Assembly: GCA_950097015.1 (NCBI GenBank)
Contig: CATNEN010000009.1
Span: 930,001-994,000, forward strand
Length of the DNA: 64,000 nucleotides
Origin: Macrostomum hystrix
Taxonomy: Eukaryota > Animalia > Platyhelminthes
Reading direction: 5' to 3'
The notes beneath the pieces are model-generated. The model was not told the origin of the DNA. It saw only the letters and a program-made list of their open reading frames with translations, and did not search any database. Positions 33,586 through 46,957 of the stretch are shown here, in pieces; the first letter of the stretch is position 1, and each line of letters starts with the position of its first letter. Both the position numbers and the translations under genes were made by a program.

Positions 33586-36500
33586 GTCAATTATTGTTAT
33601 TTATGAATTACAATTACAGCCATGAAAGCTAATAGACACTTGATAAAATCCCTTTAAAACTTTTCATGTCACAGAAAGCATTTTAAGTTTATTTATTCAA
33701 CCACTTTCATTTTACACTTACATTAGTTAGACTGTAGTATGTTGCTACTGCAGTCTAACTAATGAACTGCTTTCCAAGCTTGCTTAGGTTTGGAATTGTT
33801 ATTGGAGTTGAAGACAGTGAAGATGTCAGGCTGGTCTATATAAGGCTCTTTGTCCCAGGCAAGGTGAAAAGCACATTCTGCCTTTTTTGCAAACTAAAAA
33901 ATCACAACTATTGACAGCCAATTTGGCAAACAGCTACATCATACAATGACAACTGCATATTATAGTTAAATTGTTATTATCATAGCTACTGCTCTAGATA
34001 AATCAATAGCTATATTTTTAATTGGCTTTTTGTATTAGGAATATGCCTTAGTAAGCACCAAATAGCAATAACAATATAATACAACCAATAGTTCATTTGA
34101 TAGATTTAGAAATGCAACCACATAAAATTTGTCTAACTCATTGTAGTATCATGAAGATTGAAGAGTTAAATAAAAGAGATATTATTCATTAAAACTTAAT
34201 CTAGACCATTTTATTTTGTTTTTAGCTACCAAAAAGCCTATTATATGTATAACTAAAACAATTGTTCACAGGGGCACCACATATCAAGAGATTTTTTGTC
34301 TCAGTTTCATGGAAAGCTTTAAAACAATAATCAATAATTTTTTGATACTTCAAAATGTATATTTTGGTGGATAAGAAATGACTAAGTAAATAGTTTTAAT
34401 GAATACACTTAAACTATAATTGAACCTATGCGAACATTTGTAGTATTTCAAGCACATCAAATTTACAATTGATACTTTTTGTGATTGGTTGAGCAGTTTT
34501 ATTATAGCTTGTACTTAAAAATGTCACTTCTGACTTCTCATCTCAGATCTTGTACTCAACCAAATTTCAATTTCTGATGGTTCTAATTGCTAATAGCCAA
34601 TAGCCAGCAATAATAAACAAAAGCTACATAGTCTTGAACCATAAATAGTAACAGTAGGTTTGCTAAGCCATTTGCTATTTATTCAATTATGTAAATATGT
34701 ATATAAACAGATCAAATAGATTATTGTAAATGGGAAAATTGGACTTTAGGCTTGAACCATTGTATTGGATTTTCTTGCCTCAGATACTTGTCTAAGTCAG
34801 TTTTTCAGTGTCTACTGTATACTATATTTGCATTTTACCTGTTTATTCAAATAAATAATATATTTAACTGGAACAATAATGTTCCTTTTAGAAGCTTCTT
34901 GGTATATCATTTACCGTATTTGAAGGCTACATAGAGCCATATAGGAGTTTAAGTGATGTCACATTCATTAGAACAGCAATCAGGCTTTCACAATGAAACA
35001 ACCATGCTGTACTGGCTTCATAATTACTATAGCTAATGTTGGCATTCCTTCAGTTTATGATCATTTTTTCACCCATATTTCGGTTTATGATCCCCATGTA
35101 TTTTTCCAATTCAGTAATCATGGCCTGCTTGAAAGAAGCAAAAATTGAGAAACCAGGATTATTTGTTACACTAAAACCCCCTACCTTCGTTACACAATCA
35201 TTTACATGTATTTCTGCCATTTAAATGATCATAATCTGAAGTGGATATATAGGATCCTCTTCATGGAACAGTTCTGAAACAAGTTCTGTAACAAGCAACT
35301 CTTTCAATTTGATGAATGTACGCGAATGAGCAGATCTCTTTGCATTGTTTCATTCTGGTTGGCATTTGATCGTTTGACAACAAAAAAATAAAAAGGCTTG
35401 GAGTGATTTTCAGTGCTGGTTTAAAATATGATTAAAACATGAATTTCTTACTCTTGTGTATCTTTCTTATGGGGATCGTCACCAATTTCAGGGATTGTAA
35501 ACCAAAGGAATGCTGCCAATGTCTATGATAACAAGGCCTGACTAATGCCTACCCACTAGCAAACAAATAACCAATGCGCTGACTCTACCACCATGGGGGC
35601 TTGGGCCATGTTAAACATAACTATAGTACCTGGTAAATTTCATTTATGTAAATAAACAAATGAAAAAGACAGTTGGCATTGAAAACAGACTCAGACAAGT
35701 GAAAAAATGAGAATACAATTTCTCTGCTAAAAAATCTTTTCAACAGAAAAATACAGAAAAAAAATGATAAAGATTCTGTTTCTACTCTTTGACTGTCTTT
35801 CTAAACAAGGATCATATAATGAAAGTGTTTAAAAACTGGGATAGTAGAATGAAAGAATGTCAATATCACATATGTTAGGGCCTATATCTATTAGCTAATT
35901 GTTGCTAGGGGCTTAATAATACTATATAAAAGTAATAGTAATTTATTCTCCAAGACATTGACTAATTATAATAAATAAAGTTAGGTCTAGTCTAGTTAAT
36001 TTGCAATTATTTGGAAGCAATTTCAAAACTAAAGGTTATTCTAAAAATTGACCTTGAATAGAGAATAAGGCAAGAGGCCATAATAATTGGTGCTTAATTT
36101 CCCACCCTAGGCTACAGACTACTGAACTACTTGCCCACTTGATTCCTGAAGATTACAGTCACAAAAGTAGTAGTAGTAGATTGTTTGGCTCTAGCCAAAA
36201 AAGAAATTGACGTCAGAATTTAAATTTTGGAATGAATTCATCGTTTAAAACGAAAAAGGCGAATAGAGTTTATTAAGTGATTATGCTCAAGCACTTGTAG
36301 AATACGTGTCGTTTAAAATGTTATATGTATTATTTTATCAGTTCACTATTTCAGTTATTAATAACCTTGGCTACTTTTTAATTGTAGCTAATTTTGTTTG
36401 CACAGTTGACTTAATTGCCTTTAAATTTTAACGCTATGCACCATTTAAATAACTTTTCTTTACATTGAAATTATAAAGCAAGCACTCTCTCATTATCTCA

Positions 36501-37841
36501 TTACTCTCTATAAAGCAAGCACATCTCAAGTCTTACATTTATAATTTTTCTATATTTACCGTTCTATGCAAGTCTCTGATTTTAATGAACGCTAAAAAGT
36601 ATGTACAGCTGCTTACTATTGCCCGATTTTTTTAAACATGTCTTTTGGGACCCACTGAAAGTTGTGCGGGGGTTAAATTGTATACTTTTACCCTTCTCCA
36701 GACCTCAAAATATGTATTTTGTGTAGTAAACATAAGTAAGTTTAAAGATTAAATTTCCAGGTAAAAAAGAATTTTGAGCTCTAGGCTTGTAAATAACTAA
36801 ACTATCAAACACAATGCAGATGAAAAATGTAAGATTAATATATAGAAAGATTTCCATTTGCTGGAGTAGACCCACTTATAAAATTGCAATATAATTGTAC
36901 TTCAAACTTAACAAAATGTGCGAAAGTTCAAAAGTTTAGAAAGTGCAAGGACATATAGACGCAGTTAAAAGCAAAAAGAGCTCAATTTCGAATGACTCAT
37001 AAAAGAATTAGCTTTAGGGTTTATTGTACACAGTGCAATAGATAATGATGGACTCCAATCTTTATCGAATACAATTGCTGAATCGGCTATGACAAATTTG
37101 CAATATATAATGCTAATAAATAATTAATGTACATAACATTGTTAAAATGATTAACAACAAGCATACAACAGGCATAAAAAGCTACAAAACAAATACACCA
37201 AACAAACAAGTTGCTAGCAGCTAGCATTGCACTAGCAATAAAAGCGAGTGCTTATCAGACACAACATGTGACAGCATGTGTAGGTATCGGGAACAACAGA
37301 CTGAGTCTAACTGCATCAGAGGTCAAGGGAATACAAAATGAAGTTGGGCTGACTAGAATGACAACACAGGAACGAGATTCAAAACGATACAACGGAGCAA
37401 ACAAAAGCAAGACGCTAACAATGGGATAACGGCAAACGCGTAGCAGCTGGGCTGCGGAATACATCGGCGGTGGCATGCGAGTTAAAAACAAAGGGCTCAC
37501 AATCAGGCAGATGCCAGACAATCAGCTGTGAATAAAAAGTTCATGCAAAATACACTACTAGTCAGTAGCCAGAACAGATTGCATGCGGTACAAATAAGAT
37601 AAAAACCGATGAATCATGACGCAGATTAAAATTGTTTAAAAGTTCTTTGTGCAGACGATCTGAAGCGGCTGCCCTGAATTGCTTTACAGAAATTAGCCTG
37701 TTGATATCAGCGAAATTTGTTTCTAAAATTAACTAAAGAATAGATGGTTTTATACAGCAGAAGTGGCATGAAGCCTCCCTGTACTCAGCTTGCAGAAGGC
37801 ATTGTTTAATTATCTACTAGAAGGGCGGCTCAGTTCATTTC

Positions 37842-39226
37842 TCAGGTTGGCGGTGAAGCCTCCGCCTCTTCGGCTGAGGTCTCGGCAACAGTTGCTGCGG
37901 GAGCTTCGGAACCATCGGCCATGGGGGCGGCCGGGGCTTCGACCAATTGGGAGCTGTCGGCGGCAACGGCAGTATCGGCGGCGGAGGCGACGACGGTTTC
38001 AACAGCCTCGGCGTAGCCTTGCTCATCCTGTTGAGCGATGATCGGCTTGACGTCCATCACCAGGGCGTCGGAGTCGACCGCACACGCGCCCTGCTGCTCC
38101 AGGGGCTCCTCCAGCTGCTGCTGCTGCTGCTGCTCCTGCGCGGCCAGAATGGCGGCGGTGTCATCATCCGTCGAGTTGTTGAAGAAGATCTGCACGGCCT
38201 GGCCGTTGGCCGGCCCGGCAGCGCTGACGGGCAGCTGGATGACGTACTGCACCGGAGCCGCCACGGCCGCCTCTGACGGCTGCACCTGCTGTGTCAGGTG
38301 CGCCTGCTGGTCGGCGACGGCCGTCACAGACGAGGACTGGCGAGTGATTTAAGAGGGGGTTCTTTCAGTCATGAGCTGCTGCACAATGAGCTGCCCACAG
38401 TCAGCAATGGGGGATCTCTATGGGATGTGATCTGAGGGATCAGAGAAGGGATGTGATCTGAGGGATCAGAGAAGGGATGTGATCTGAGGGATCAGAGAAG
38501 GGATGCGATCTGAGGGATCAGAGAAGGGATGCGATCTGAGGGATCAGAGAAGGGATGCGATCTGAGGGATCAGAGAAGGGATGCGATCTGAGGGATCAGA
38601 GAAGGGATGCGATCTGAGGGATCAGAGAAGGGATGTGATCTGAGGGATCAGAGAAGGGATGTGATCTGAGGAATCAGAGAGGGGATGTGATCTGAGGGAT
38701 CAGAGAAGGGATATGAGCTGAGGGATCAGCGAAGGGATATGAGCTGAGGGATCAGAGAAGGGATGTGATCTGAGGGATCAGAGAAGGGATGTGATCTGAG
38801 GGATCAGAGAGGAAAATGCTCCTTTCAGCTCACCTGTTTGCCACCCTCGGTGTGCCCAGCAGGCCGCATCTCCTCTCGCGGCACAATGTCGATGAGGAAG
38901 TCGAACTGGTCGGTGTCGGGGTCGCCGACGCTCATGGCGATGTCGTTTCGCTGCAGGGTGCGCCGGCGGGCTCGCTCGGTGTGCGCCCAGGCACGGATGG
39001 TAAGCTCGCGGATGAAGATCTCGGCAGCCTTGGAGAACAGCAGCGGCGCCTCAGCCGCGATCATCATCCCTTTGACATCGTCGTCCAGCTTCATGATCTT
39101 CTTGATGCGCGCCAGTGGCAGCTCGGCATTCTTGAAGGCGGACAGCTCGGCCGGCATGGACTCGATGGCGCGCAGCTCCTGGTTCCAAAACAGCATCACG
39201 CGGGCTTCGATCTCGCTGCGGGCCAT
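37842..39226 (-). CDS. NFYC: Nuclear transcription factor Y subunit gamma, 2 exons (39226-38834, 38336-37842)
   Basis: LPLARIKKIMKLDDDV..MIAAEAPLLFSKAAEIFIRELTIRAW.HTE...RRTLQRNDIAM...FDFLIDIVPR; Q-rich second exon. Confidence 0.93.
38440..38810. repeat. 26-bp intronic minisatellite GATGTGATCTGAGGGATCAGAGAAGG
   Basis: In the NFYC intron. Confidence 0.95.
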
Positions 39227-39364
39227 GTCGCTGGCGCTGGCGCGGGCGCCTGAAGTCTGCTGATGCTGCTGAATAGGAGAGGAGTCGGCTTTGCTGAGCG
39301 ACCACCTTCATCCAATCAGGCCGTTGAGGCCATTCATCCAACTAGTTGAGACACTTTATTCAAT

Positions 39365-39610
39365 AAGAGGTTGAGACCCTTTATCTTAATCAGAGGTTGA
39401 GACCCTTGATCTTAATCAGAGGTTGAGACCCTTTATCCAATCAGAGGTTGAGACCCTTTATCCAATCAGAGGTTGAGACCCTTAATCTAATCAGGGGTTG
39501 AGACCCTTTATCCAATCAGAGGTTGACACCCTTTATCTAATCAGAGGTTGAGACCCTTTATCTAATCAGAGGTTGAGACCAGTTTATCCAATCAGAGGTT
39601 CAGACCCTTT
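39365..39610. repeat. 25-bp minisatellite AATCAGAGGTTGAGACCCTTTATCC
   Basis: Between LYRM7 and NFYC. Confidence 0.93.
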
Positions 39611-40137
39611 ATAAAATAAGAATGTTTCATCCAATTAAGGAAGCTTAAAAAAGAACTATTAAGCAATTAAGGTGCTTCAAACTGTGCCGCTAATCTCACT
39701 ACATTAAAGGCAGAAAGGCATTTGTGTGGGCATAAAATCGATTGAAGTAGCCGATTGAAGCAGTAAAGTCAGGTGTTAGTACAGCAGTTATAACGGCAGA
39801 CAATACTGTGCACCTGCTTTGCCCACTATGTGGCTGGCGGCGCAGGCAATCTTATATTTAGACAAATGCGACAGAGAAATTAAGATTTGCTATGATCAAG
39901 CTATCATGCTATGAACAATGAGCTCAGTAATTATACAGTGGATAAGCCAAAAGTATGCTAGGTTCTAGTGCAAACAATATGGCGGGATGGCATGTTCAGC
40001 AATCAGTTCATTGAAAATATCAGGTAGACTAAGTGAGTAAACGGCGAGCATAACAATGCCTCGTCATCTAATTAGGGCCTTCTAAAACGGCACGGCACAA
40101 TGGGCAAAATAAAATATCGAGAAGCAAACGCTGGCGC

Positions 40138-40512
40138 CTATGCCGCTCCGCCGCATCCGCCGCTTCGGCCACCTCCGCCAGTCGCCTCCTTGGCGGCGTG
40201 GCTGGCCGGCGTGGGAGTCGGCGAGTCCTCCAGGTAGGTCTGGTCGCCCAGCTGAACGCGGAATGCCTCGGCCTCAGACTGGCGGGTAGCCCGGACAACA
40301 TGGGTTCGCAGCATGGCGGCGCAGTCGCGGGCGATAACCAGCTGCTTGGATATCGCTGCCGGATCCGATAGGTTGCGCTGCTCACGGAAGCCGGCCCGAA
40401 TCCTGTCGCCGACAACGCCAAGCGCGTAGGCGTCGCCAGCGAAGGTGGCTTGAGCAGCCCGGTGTAGCGCTTTGTAGGCCTGCAGCACCGCCCGGCTCTG
40501 CTGACTGGCCAT
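40138..40512 (-). CDS. LYRM7: LYR-motif complex III assembly factor (LYRM7/MZM1-like)
   Basis: VLQAYKALHRAAQATFAGDAYAL...IRAGF...LRTHVVRA; ATG at 40512, acceptor CTCCGTTGCAG ending at 40531. Confidence 0.82.
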   Translation of the reverse strand: MASQQSRAVLQAYKALHRAAQATFAGDAYALGVVGDRIRAGFREQRNLSDPAAISKQLVIARDCAAMLRTHVVRATRQSEAEAFRVQLGDQTYLEDSPTPTPASHAAKEATGGGGRSGGCGGAA

Positions 40513-41835
40513 GCCGACTGTGGCTGCTGACTGCAACGGAGTTCGCGGCGGTTAGAGCCATCTTCTGACAGAGAGGTTCGGGAGTTCGAATCTCATCTCC
40601 AGGTGATATCATTGCAATAGTACAAGAGTAAAGATGCTTTACTACCCATTGTTTTAGTTTACCGATGGCTTAGCACAAGGTCCAACCATTTTTCATGCAT
40701 GGACAGATAATTGGGGTGTTCATCTCATGGCTTTTCAATCAATGAACCGCAGGGACTCAAAAACCACAGGAAAGTAGTGCAGCAAATAGGTTACCACATT
40801 CCTACATATACTTATAATTAACAGCATAATTTGAATTTGAGTTAAAAAGTTGTAAGTTTTACCAGTCTCATTTAACAATGCTAACAGGAAGTCCACTTAA
40901 CAAATCAAAGTAGAAGCAACACTACTACCAAATACACTACCAAGAAATTCTTTGAAATATATAATATACATTCTAAGAGACTAGTTAAAAAAACTATTGA
41001 AATTACTTAGACATTATATAAAAATACCACTGTAAACAACTTTCTTAGGATATTAGAAATTAGAACTACCACAACTGGTGGCATCATTAGGATAAAAACA
41101 TTACAAAGAAGTTAGGCCTACAACAACTTTATTGGCATCGTGAAGATTAAGTTAGAGTAGTAATTAACCCTAGGACAACTTAGGTGACATCATATACTTA
41201 GAGTAATAATTAAAGAGAAAAGAACTAGAACAACTTTGGTGGAATCAGTGAGATTTAAACATATTTAAGGTCATTCAGAAGCCAATATAAAGTCTATAAA
41301 GAGACTAATAAAATAATACCCCTACAACAAATGGCCAAAAATATACCAAAAAGAACAAACTGGTACCAAAATGCATGGCACTCACATTCTAGCATACGTC
41401 CAACATGATCTTGAGTATAATAGCAAACAATAGTTTTAAAATTGTGGTAGGCCTACCTGAATATGCCTTTAAAACATAAAACTAACAGCTAACAACAAGC
41501 TTATAAGAACTAACTTTGAAACTATTTTTTATTGCTTTGACTGATTAAAATAGAACATCACAATAACAGCTAGAGTATCTTAGTGATAAAAAATATCAGC
41601 AAAAATGCACTTATTGATAAAGTGGCAGCTGTAGAAATTATTGGCATTACAACTCCCCAGCTGGCTCCTCTGAAGCTAACTGTTTTATATAAAAAAACAA
41701 ATTTGTTTGATAAGCTAAGCCTATCAAACATTAAGGACAAATGACTTTGCATTCAATACAAAAAATGAATATATAATATTTAAAAAGCACTGTTGAAAAA
41801 ATTTTTAGATGACAACAAAAATATTATATATTATA

Positions 41836-42271
41836 GGCCTAATCGGGTACCAATCACTTTGGCGACAAGTCACTTCAGTGACACTCATTTTGGCAACAAG
41901 TCATTTTGGCAAATTGAATTGGGTGACAAGCTTTGATCACTTAGGTGACAATTAATTATCAGGTAATAATTATACCCAACTTGATCATAAAAAACAATGC
42001 TGATAAAATATTTGCTTTTTATATTTAATATTTTATATTAAAAGTTTTATTTAAAAACTTTTTGCATAGTTGATCATGCACATAGTTTCAGATCACACTG
42101 AAACTCTAGGAACAGTTCACCTGATTTGTGCTGGTAATTAAATGGTCAACAAGTGATCCTTTTGTCGCCTAAGTGATCAAAACTTGTCCCCGAAGTCAAT
42201 TTGCCAAAATGACTTTTTGCCAAAATGACTGTTGCCGAAGTGATTTGTGGCCCAAGTAATCATAATTGGCC
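41836..42271. mobile_element. MITE with long internally repetitive TIRs and TA target site
   Basis: TCATTTTGGCAACAAGTCATTTTGGCAAATTGA...GACAAG.TTTGATCACTTAGG.GACAA is mirrored at the right end; termini GGCC flanked by TA. Confidence 0.75.
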
Positions 42272-43602
42272 TATTCTCAACTGATTACTTGAATTCTTGA
42301 GATGACAACATACTAAAAATTGATAGTACACTTGGTTAGGTAGGCACTAGTCTAGTACAAAAAAGTGAAAATTTTACTAAGTGAATTTTTACTAACTGCC
42401 CATGCCAGTATACTAAAGTTCCAGATGGATAGGCTAATTTCATTAAAAAATCACTTATTTTATATCGAAAAAAAATTTTTTACATTTATAAAGCACTCAT
42501 AACATAGTATATTCATTCAATATTAAATTAAAAATAAAGTAGTTAAAATTTTTAGTAAAATTAAGAATTGTATTTTAATATTTGAAAGATTGTCAGCACA
42601 GCACTGTCAGCACAATGTCACTCAGCAGTAGGTCGAAATTTATACTCAGTAAAAGCATAAGCAACGTATAAGCAACGCTAGACCTTAAGCCTTAATGCTC
42701 GTGGGTTTAAGCACGAGGTCGAGCCGTTTTCAACACGGCCACAAATTCTTAAAATTTTAATGTCATTAAATATTAAATACAAAATTTCCATGAAAATTGA
42801 AAACTACAATTGTAACTTAAACTAGGAATTGCGATCATAGAATTCTTGAAATATTTTTACTTCAGTAAAGCCAATTATAAAAAAGCGAAAGGAAAATGTA
42901 ATACTTATTAATAAATATCGCAATATTTCAATCCATATTCTATAAAAAAAGTCGTTGCACTAAGCTTTTCAAATAATCTCAGTGTCGAAAAACATTACGT
43001 CGTAAAAAACGATTTTTACTTGTTCGCCCACGCGAAGTCTGAATGTCACCAACCGAAATGTATCTGACTATTCTGAGTGTATAATAGTACTTGTAATGTT
43101 ATTATTAGTCTCACAAATGCAAAAATATGCGAATGAAACATTTTTGTTACAATTAACTATCTAATATAAATATCCTGATTTTTTCAGGGGCTGTCTCATA
43201 ATTTTCCGTCTTCAATTCAAGACAAATTTGATTCCCTCGACCTCTGAGAACATCGCGCACACCGATCGATTATACGGCTTCTTTTAAGACAGTGTACACA
43301 ATATGCGCCTGTTCGTGTTGGCCCACTTAACCTTACACAATGATTGCATAGTGTCCTTTTGTAGCATAATTGTAGGTAGCAGTTTAAACAGGTCAGCCAG
43401 ACAATTGGCTGACAGCCAGACAGCCAGACAGCCAGGCGGTAGTAATTAGTGACAGCGCCTGAAGCCGAAACGGCATGGCCTGGTTTAGGGCCCTGTCAAA
43501 CACCATCGCCATGAGGTTAGATGCCCATGATCAACTACAGACCCCGAGTCACATCTCTTTTATCAAGGGATTTAAGGAGAGTTTATCGTCTAAGCAAAGT
43601 GG

Positions 43603-44430
43603 TTAGCAGTGAAGACCCAGCTGCACTAAGAGGCCCAGCGTGGCCCAGGCGGTGACGCAGTTGCCGAACAGGCCGTCAAGAGTGGCAGCAGCAGGCCGGT
43701 CACCCACACAGTAGGCGGTTGCTGATTGGACAGAGGATCTGCCTATTGCAGTGATGTGAATTCCGGAATGTTGAGAAAGGGATGCAAAATAAAACAGCTG
43801 TGACCTACAGACCATCAGCACACACAATTTCTTGGCTTCAGTTTACAATATTTCTCAGTTTTTAGAAGCTGTTTTTCATAGAAATTTAGTGGGAAAAATT
43901 TATTTTACTTGTTGCTTTAACGTAGTTAAACTAAAGCAGAATTAGGCTTTTGGTGCATTACAATGATTGACCCATCATCGTGGAGCAGCTATTCCTCACC
44001 CCGAAGACCAGAAGCCGGACATTTCATCCTAGCAGCAAATAATCTCAACTTAGGCGTTGCACAGACGGTGCAGCTGCTGGAACTGGCTCTCATGACCAAG
44101 CCATCGAGCGGCTCCACGCCGCTTGTCATGCAGTTCCCAGTGAGCAGCGTGTCGTAAATCTTATGGGCCGGATTCGAACCATTTCTCCGTACCTTTTGCT
44201 CCAAGAGCTGCGACCAAGGGCAGAGCCGTTTAAGTACAACTCGGTCACTGTACTTTAACTGTACTTAAAATTCACTGGCCACGGCTACACACGCGGCGCA
44301 GAGCCGTTTCGTTTGATCGGACAGCCGCTGCTGAGCTGCGCGAACTCTGCGGACCGCTCGTCGCAGCCTGCCGAAGCGTCGCAGACGAGACAGAGAATCA
44401 GGCACACGCAGGCAGTTGTTGCATTCACAC
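43603..44430 (-). CDS. Candidate small Cys-rich secreted or GPI-anchored protein (exons about 44430-44290, 44207-44000, 43721-43603)
   Basis: Signal-like TACVCLILCLVCDASAG; phase-1 junction 43999/43722 keeps frame; hydrophobic C-terminal tail VTAWATLGLLVQLGLHC. Start codon not located. Confidence 0.4.
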
Positions 44431-45254
44431 TGTATCCTAATGGAATTTACACTACCTAATTCAGCCCGCCTTGTTTGTTTGTTTGTTTGTTTGTTTGGTT
44501 GTTTGTTTGTTTGTTTGTTTGGTTGTTTGTTTGTTTGGTTGTTTGTTTGTTTGTTTGCTGTCTTCCTGCCTGGTGCAGAAATTCCTGCATGTTTTGTTTC
44601 AAGTGAAGAGCTGCAATTTGCACACCTGCTATTGAGGCTTTGTCAAGTGCTGTTGTATGATTTTCTACAGACCCAGGTGAGAAGTCAGCTGCCGGTTTTG
44701 ACAAGGTGCACCCAAGTCTAACCGAGTTAGCTCAATGTTATAAAAGCATTTGATGAATTCAGTAGAAAAGCCGAGATCCTGCGAAATATAATAAAATATA
44801 ATAAAGCGTTGTTTTAAAGTGCTGATTTGAGACCTCATTGCAATAGTATTACTGTCACATTTTTTCTTATTCGCACATCCATCACTCACAGCTCGATTAA
44901 TTTAGTAGTGCAGCTGGCATTTGTACTTTTGGAAGAATCCTAGGCGGATTTTATCTGGCTTCTTTCTAAAGAAGTGAGATAGGAATGAAGGAATGCTGCA
45001 TGTAAGCATGTTCATTCATCATGCTGAAATTCTCCGCCAGGCCAAGACTTGGCGCATGTTACTCGGTTCTCTCTGCTCCACATGATCGAACTCTTGCTTT
45101 TTAAGCCCGCTGTGATGCCAGACAGCTGAACGATGCCACAAATCTCATGGGGGTCAGGCCTGCTTGTCCCAACAATTAGTTAATTCGAGTATTTGGATTA
45201 TCTTGAAAGACTGCGAAGATCCTAGAAACTAAAACGACACTTGCTTTGTCTCGA

Positions 45255-45690
45255 GGAAGAAGAAGAGGAAGATGAGGAAGAAGAAGAAGAGGAAGATGAG
45301 CAAGAAGAAGAAGAGGAAGATGAGCAAGAAGAAGAAGAGGAAGATGAGCAAGAAGAAGAAGAGGAAGATGAGGAAGAAGAAGAAGAGGAAGATGAGCAAG
45401 AAGAAGAAGAGGAAGATGAGGAAGAAGAAGAAGAGGAAGATGAGGAAGAAGAAGAAGAGGAAGATGAGCAAGAAGAAGAAGAGGAAGATGAGCAAGAAGA
45501 AGAAGAGGAAGATGAGCAAGAAGAAGAAGAGGAAGATGAGCAAGAAGAAGAAGAGGAAGATGAGCAAGAAGAAGAAGAGGAAGATGAGCAAGAAGAAGAA
45601 GAGGAAGATGAGCAAGAAGAAGAAGAGGAAGATGAGCAAGAAGAAGAAGAGGAAGATGAGCAAGAAGAAGAAGAGGAAGATGAGCAAGAA
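45255..45690. repeat. 24-bp purine minisatellite GAGCAAGAAGAAGAAGAGGAAGAT
   Basis: About 18 copies; open in several frames. Confidence 0.95.
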
Positions 45691-46957
45691 GAAAAGTGTG
45701 CGATTCGAACCGCTGCACTGCGACGAAAGCTTTTCATCGCTCCAGTTGCTGGGGATTTCGAGGCTTTTTAAGAAGCGTTAAATTTTTTTATTAAAAGTTG
45801 AAAAGCTTAGTCTGAATCAGAAAAAAGTATATCTTAAATGGGCCTAAAAATAGCTACTTACGATATGATGATTCTGTGTAGGATGCTAAACCATATCACT
45901 AATATATTAACTCAAAACTCGAAAAAACATAATCATTTGACGAAGCACGTGCATCATCCAGCGAAGCACGTGCATCATCCAGCGGCGGCGTGGCGAGATT
46001 GCACCGTTATGTCGACCTGCTATTGAATGACGCAGGCATTTCTCACGCTTGCGGACTCGCGATTCTGCGCTGTTCTGGGTTTGCGCGCGCATTTTGACAG
46101 AAGCCCGTGTTGGCCTTTCTGGTGTAGTTTGTTGCTGTCATTTTTATATGTACATGCAGCAAACTTGTAATTCAGATTTCGCTTACGCGCACTTTCCCAG
46201 AATTCCGCAGTGCCTTATCACTGCACACAAATACATATACATGTTAAGCTTCGGTAACCATGAAGCTAGCAAGTTCTTTATCGCATTACGCTGTGCATAT
46301 CTTTTTAAACAATCTCTGCATTCAATAAGAGCAGAGAAACTTTGAACTTTAAACGCCTGGTTCAAAAGCGCAAATTTTCTGGCCCTGTTTGGATACTTGT
46401 GAGTCATTGCAAACAGAGGTAAGCTTCATTTAAATGTTTGTTTGTAAATCTTGACAAACTAATGTATTACAAGCTAGTTTTTTGTGTCCATGCCTGCTCC
46501 CGATCCTCTTCGCCTGAAAGTTATTGATAGATTGCGAATAGCTGCCAGCGCGAAGCGAGGTGTGCCAGACGTCATACAGAAAGGGCTAATATGGTTTGAG
46601 ATTCAGACTTCCTGTCGGACTCAGTGGTTGAATGCTTAAATATCAGCCCAACAGGAAAATAGGCAATGACTTTTGAGTTACGCAGCAAAAATTTGAGATT
46701 GGTTCAGTACCACCAGGAATGAAAATTGGTACCGCATTAGAAACTCGGGTGCAGGGCTTTCGCAGCAACCTTCCCCACAATGAGCAGTCCCTGCGCTGAA
46801 CAGCTGTACGCGGTCTTCTGAATAGCTGCAGCTGTCCCACTGGCTGCACGTTGATCCCAAAACTGTAGACTGTAGACAGTTCTTGTGTCCCAAAAAGTAG
46901 TTCTGATACTGCAGTTAAAAAGTTTAACAGTAAAATTATTTTCAAAATCTCACAGAA

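Noticed and set aside
35030-35350. Minus-strand interrupted reading frame (RTFIKLKELLVTELV...KQAMITELEKYMG)
   Set aside because: Internal stops, AT-rich context and no family recognised
40570-40610. tRNA-like GTTCGAATC motif
   Set aside because: No cloverleaf; at most a SINE fragment
45241-45781. Poly-Glu/Asp or poly-Lys protein
   Set aside because: Pure 24-bp purine repeat open in several frames, with no ATG context or flanking coding sequence
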